From Macrostomum lignano (lineage: Eukaryota), in contig NIVC01000678.1 of the NCBI GenBank assembly GCA_002269645.1, forward strand, positions 1-64,000: a stretch of DNA of 64,000 nucleotides, written 5' to 3'. Both the position numbers and the translations under genes were made by a program. This document shows positions 62,851 through 64,000 of the stretch, one piece after another (the stretch's first letter is position 1; every line of letters begins with the position of its first letter). The notes under the pieces were generated by a model. It ran no database searches. It was not told the DNA's origin and saw only the letters and a list, made by a program, of their open reading frames with translations.

Positions 62851-63781
62851 TGCGGAAGCGGCCGGGAAGCTATGAGTAAAAATGAGTTTTGCCTTTATGG
62901 AAGGATCAAGGATATCATGCAAGGTTCATGAATCTGTAAATCCTGCATTATTTCAGTACGAGTGACCCGATCGTTATAGCAAAATATATATACAAACCCA
63001 ATATACCTTGACTAATTGCATGTGCTTTTTGTCCCCATAAAATGTCATGTAACAATTTTTCGACAGTTTGATCGTGCTCAAGCCTCGATATATATACAAT
63101 ACAAGGATCACTGCCTCGATATTTAGAGGAAACGTGCATTCAAAATTTCTGAAAATCCAACTTTTAGGTTGTAAAAACCACCTGACGCTACAGAATCGAG
63201 AACTTATAGGTGCCACAATAAGAGAAGCAAAGAAAAATAGAAAAAGCAAATATAGCTAGGGCAGTGATCAGAAAAAGAACGGCCAAGGGCCACACATACA
63301 GAGGTGCTTTCACTGTATAACACTATATAACGAGAGTGCAGACATCAAAGTCATGAAGCGCGTAGGGCACATGTTACAAACGGCATCATTGTTTGGTTTA
63401 AATTCATGAATTGAAATTGGAGAAGAAAGTATACTGAATAATGTATGTACTTTAATGTACTCATACATACATGGCCACATGTATGCGTACAACAAATATA
63501 CCATTTTATTTGATCTGTGGCGCATCAAAAATGCACGCACACGTACAGTACATGTATATGTTACATTACAAGCTAAGTACACAGAAACAGGACAGAATCA
63601 GATTATTTTTGCTGATTATATTGTAAAATCATAATAAAAAGCAAAAGCTCGAATCAGCCTTTCACGGGTAGATATCACAGGCGATTGCTGATAATTTTCG
63701 TTGAATGAATTTACCGCATGCCCAAGCCTTACATAAAGACTGCATGAAAGTAATCCCGTCTCCATGGTTGCTCCAGCTTAT

Positions 63782-64000
63782 TTACTCAGATTTTGGGTCA
63801 TCTCCATCAACAACTTGGCGCCTCCGCTTGTTGTACAGCTCGTAGACAACAACAATGACCAGAATGGCGACAATTTCGCAGCCAATCGCCACGAGCGGAG
63901 TCAGGAAGCTCAGCGGACTCTTCACCCGCAGGAACAGCCTGGCGGTGTTCTCTCCGTACCTGTTTTTGGACGCGCAGGTGATGTAACCCCTGTCGGCTTC
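63782..64000 (-). CDS. C-terminal exon of a basigin/neuroplastin/embigin-family Ig-domain membrane protein (partial)
   Basis: EADRGYITCASKNRYGENTARLFLRVKSPLSFLTPLVAIGCEIVAILVIVVVYELYNKRRR: end of an Ig domain plus a TM helix with the family's intramembrane Glu and a basic cytoplasmic start. Confidence 0.8.
   Translation of the reverse strand, partial: EADRGYITCASKNRYGENTARLFLRVKSPLSFLTPLVAIGCEIVAILVIVVVYELYNKRRRQVVDGDDPKSE

Overview
Eukaryotic, intron-containing invertebrate genomic DNA. GC-rich, Ala/Leu-rich exons alternate with minisatellite-filled introns and AT-rich transposon debris. This style most resembles a Macrostomum-like flatworm (inference only). Genes, each checked for splice-phase compatibility by hand: 3' end of a lysosomal alpha-mannosidase (+), SAP130-like (+), an intronless PAN/C-type lectin (-), a plus-strand cluster GEMIN4-like > SLC25A26 > ATE1, CFAP77-like (-), a small secreted Cys-rich peptide precursor (+), a minus-strand cluster POLRMT > CTU1 > RPL15, and the 3' end of a basigin-like Ig protein (-). 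Mobile DNA: a Ty3/Gypsy-type LTR fragment, LINE 3' ends, Tc1 and Harbinger transposase relics, two nested Merlin-type elements with 8-bp TSDs, tRNA-derived SINEs and Helitron-like ends. The most striking observations are: (1) an intact 557-codon LTR-element ORF in which a class-III (rhabdo/chuvirus-like) glycoprotein ectodomain is fused in frame upstream of a Gypsy integrase tail, followed by PPT-LTR-PBS; (2) an unrecognised two-module 4-Cys, furin-cleaved, amidated peptide precursor; (3) more than 20 distinct intron/spacer minisatellites, some related between different genes; (4) kilobase blocks almost devoid of CpG and rich in TAGGCCTA palindromes, plus scattered TACATGTA palindromes. All homology calls come from recalled family motifs, not database searches.
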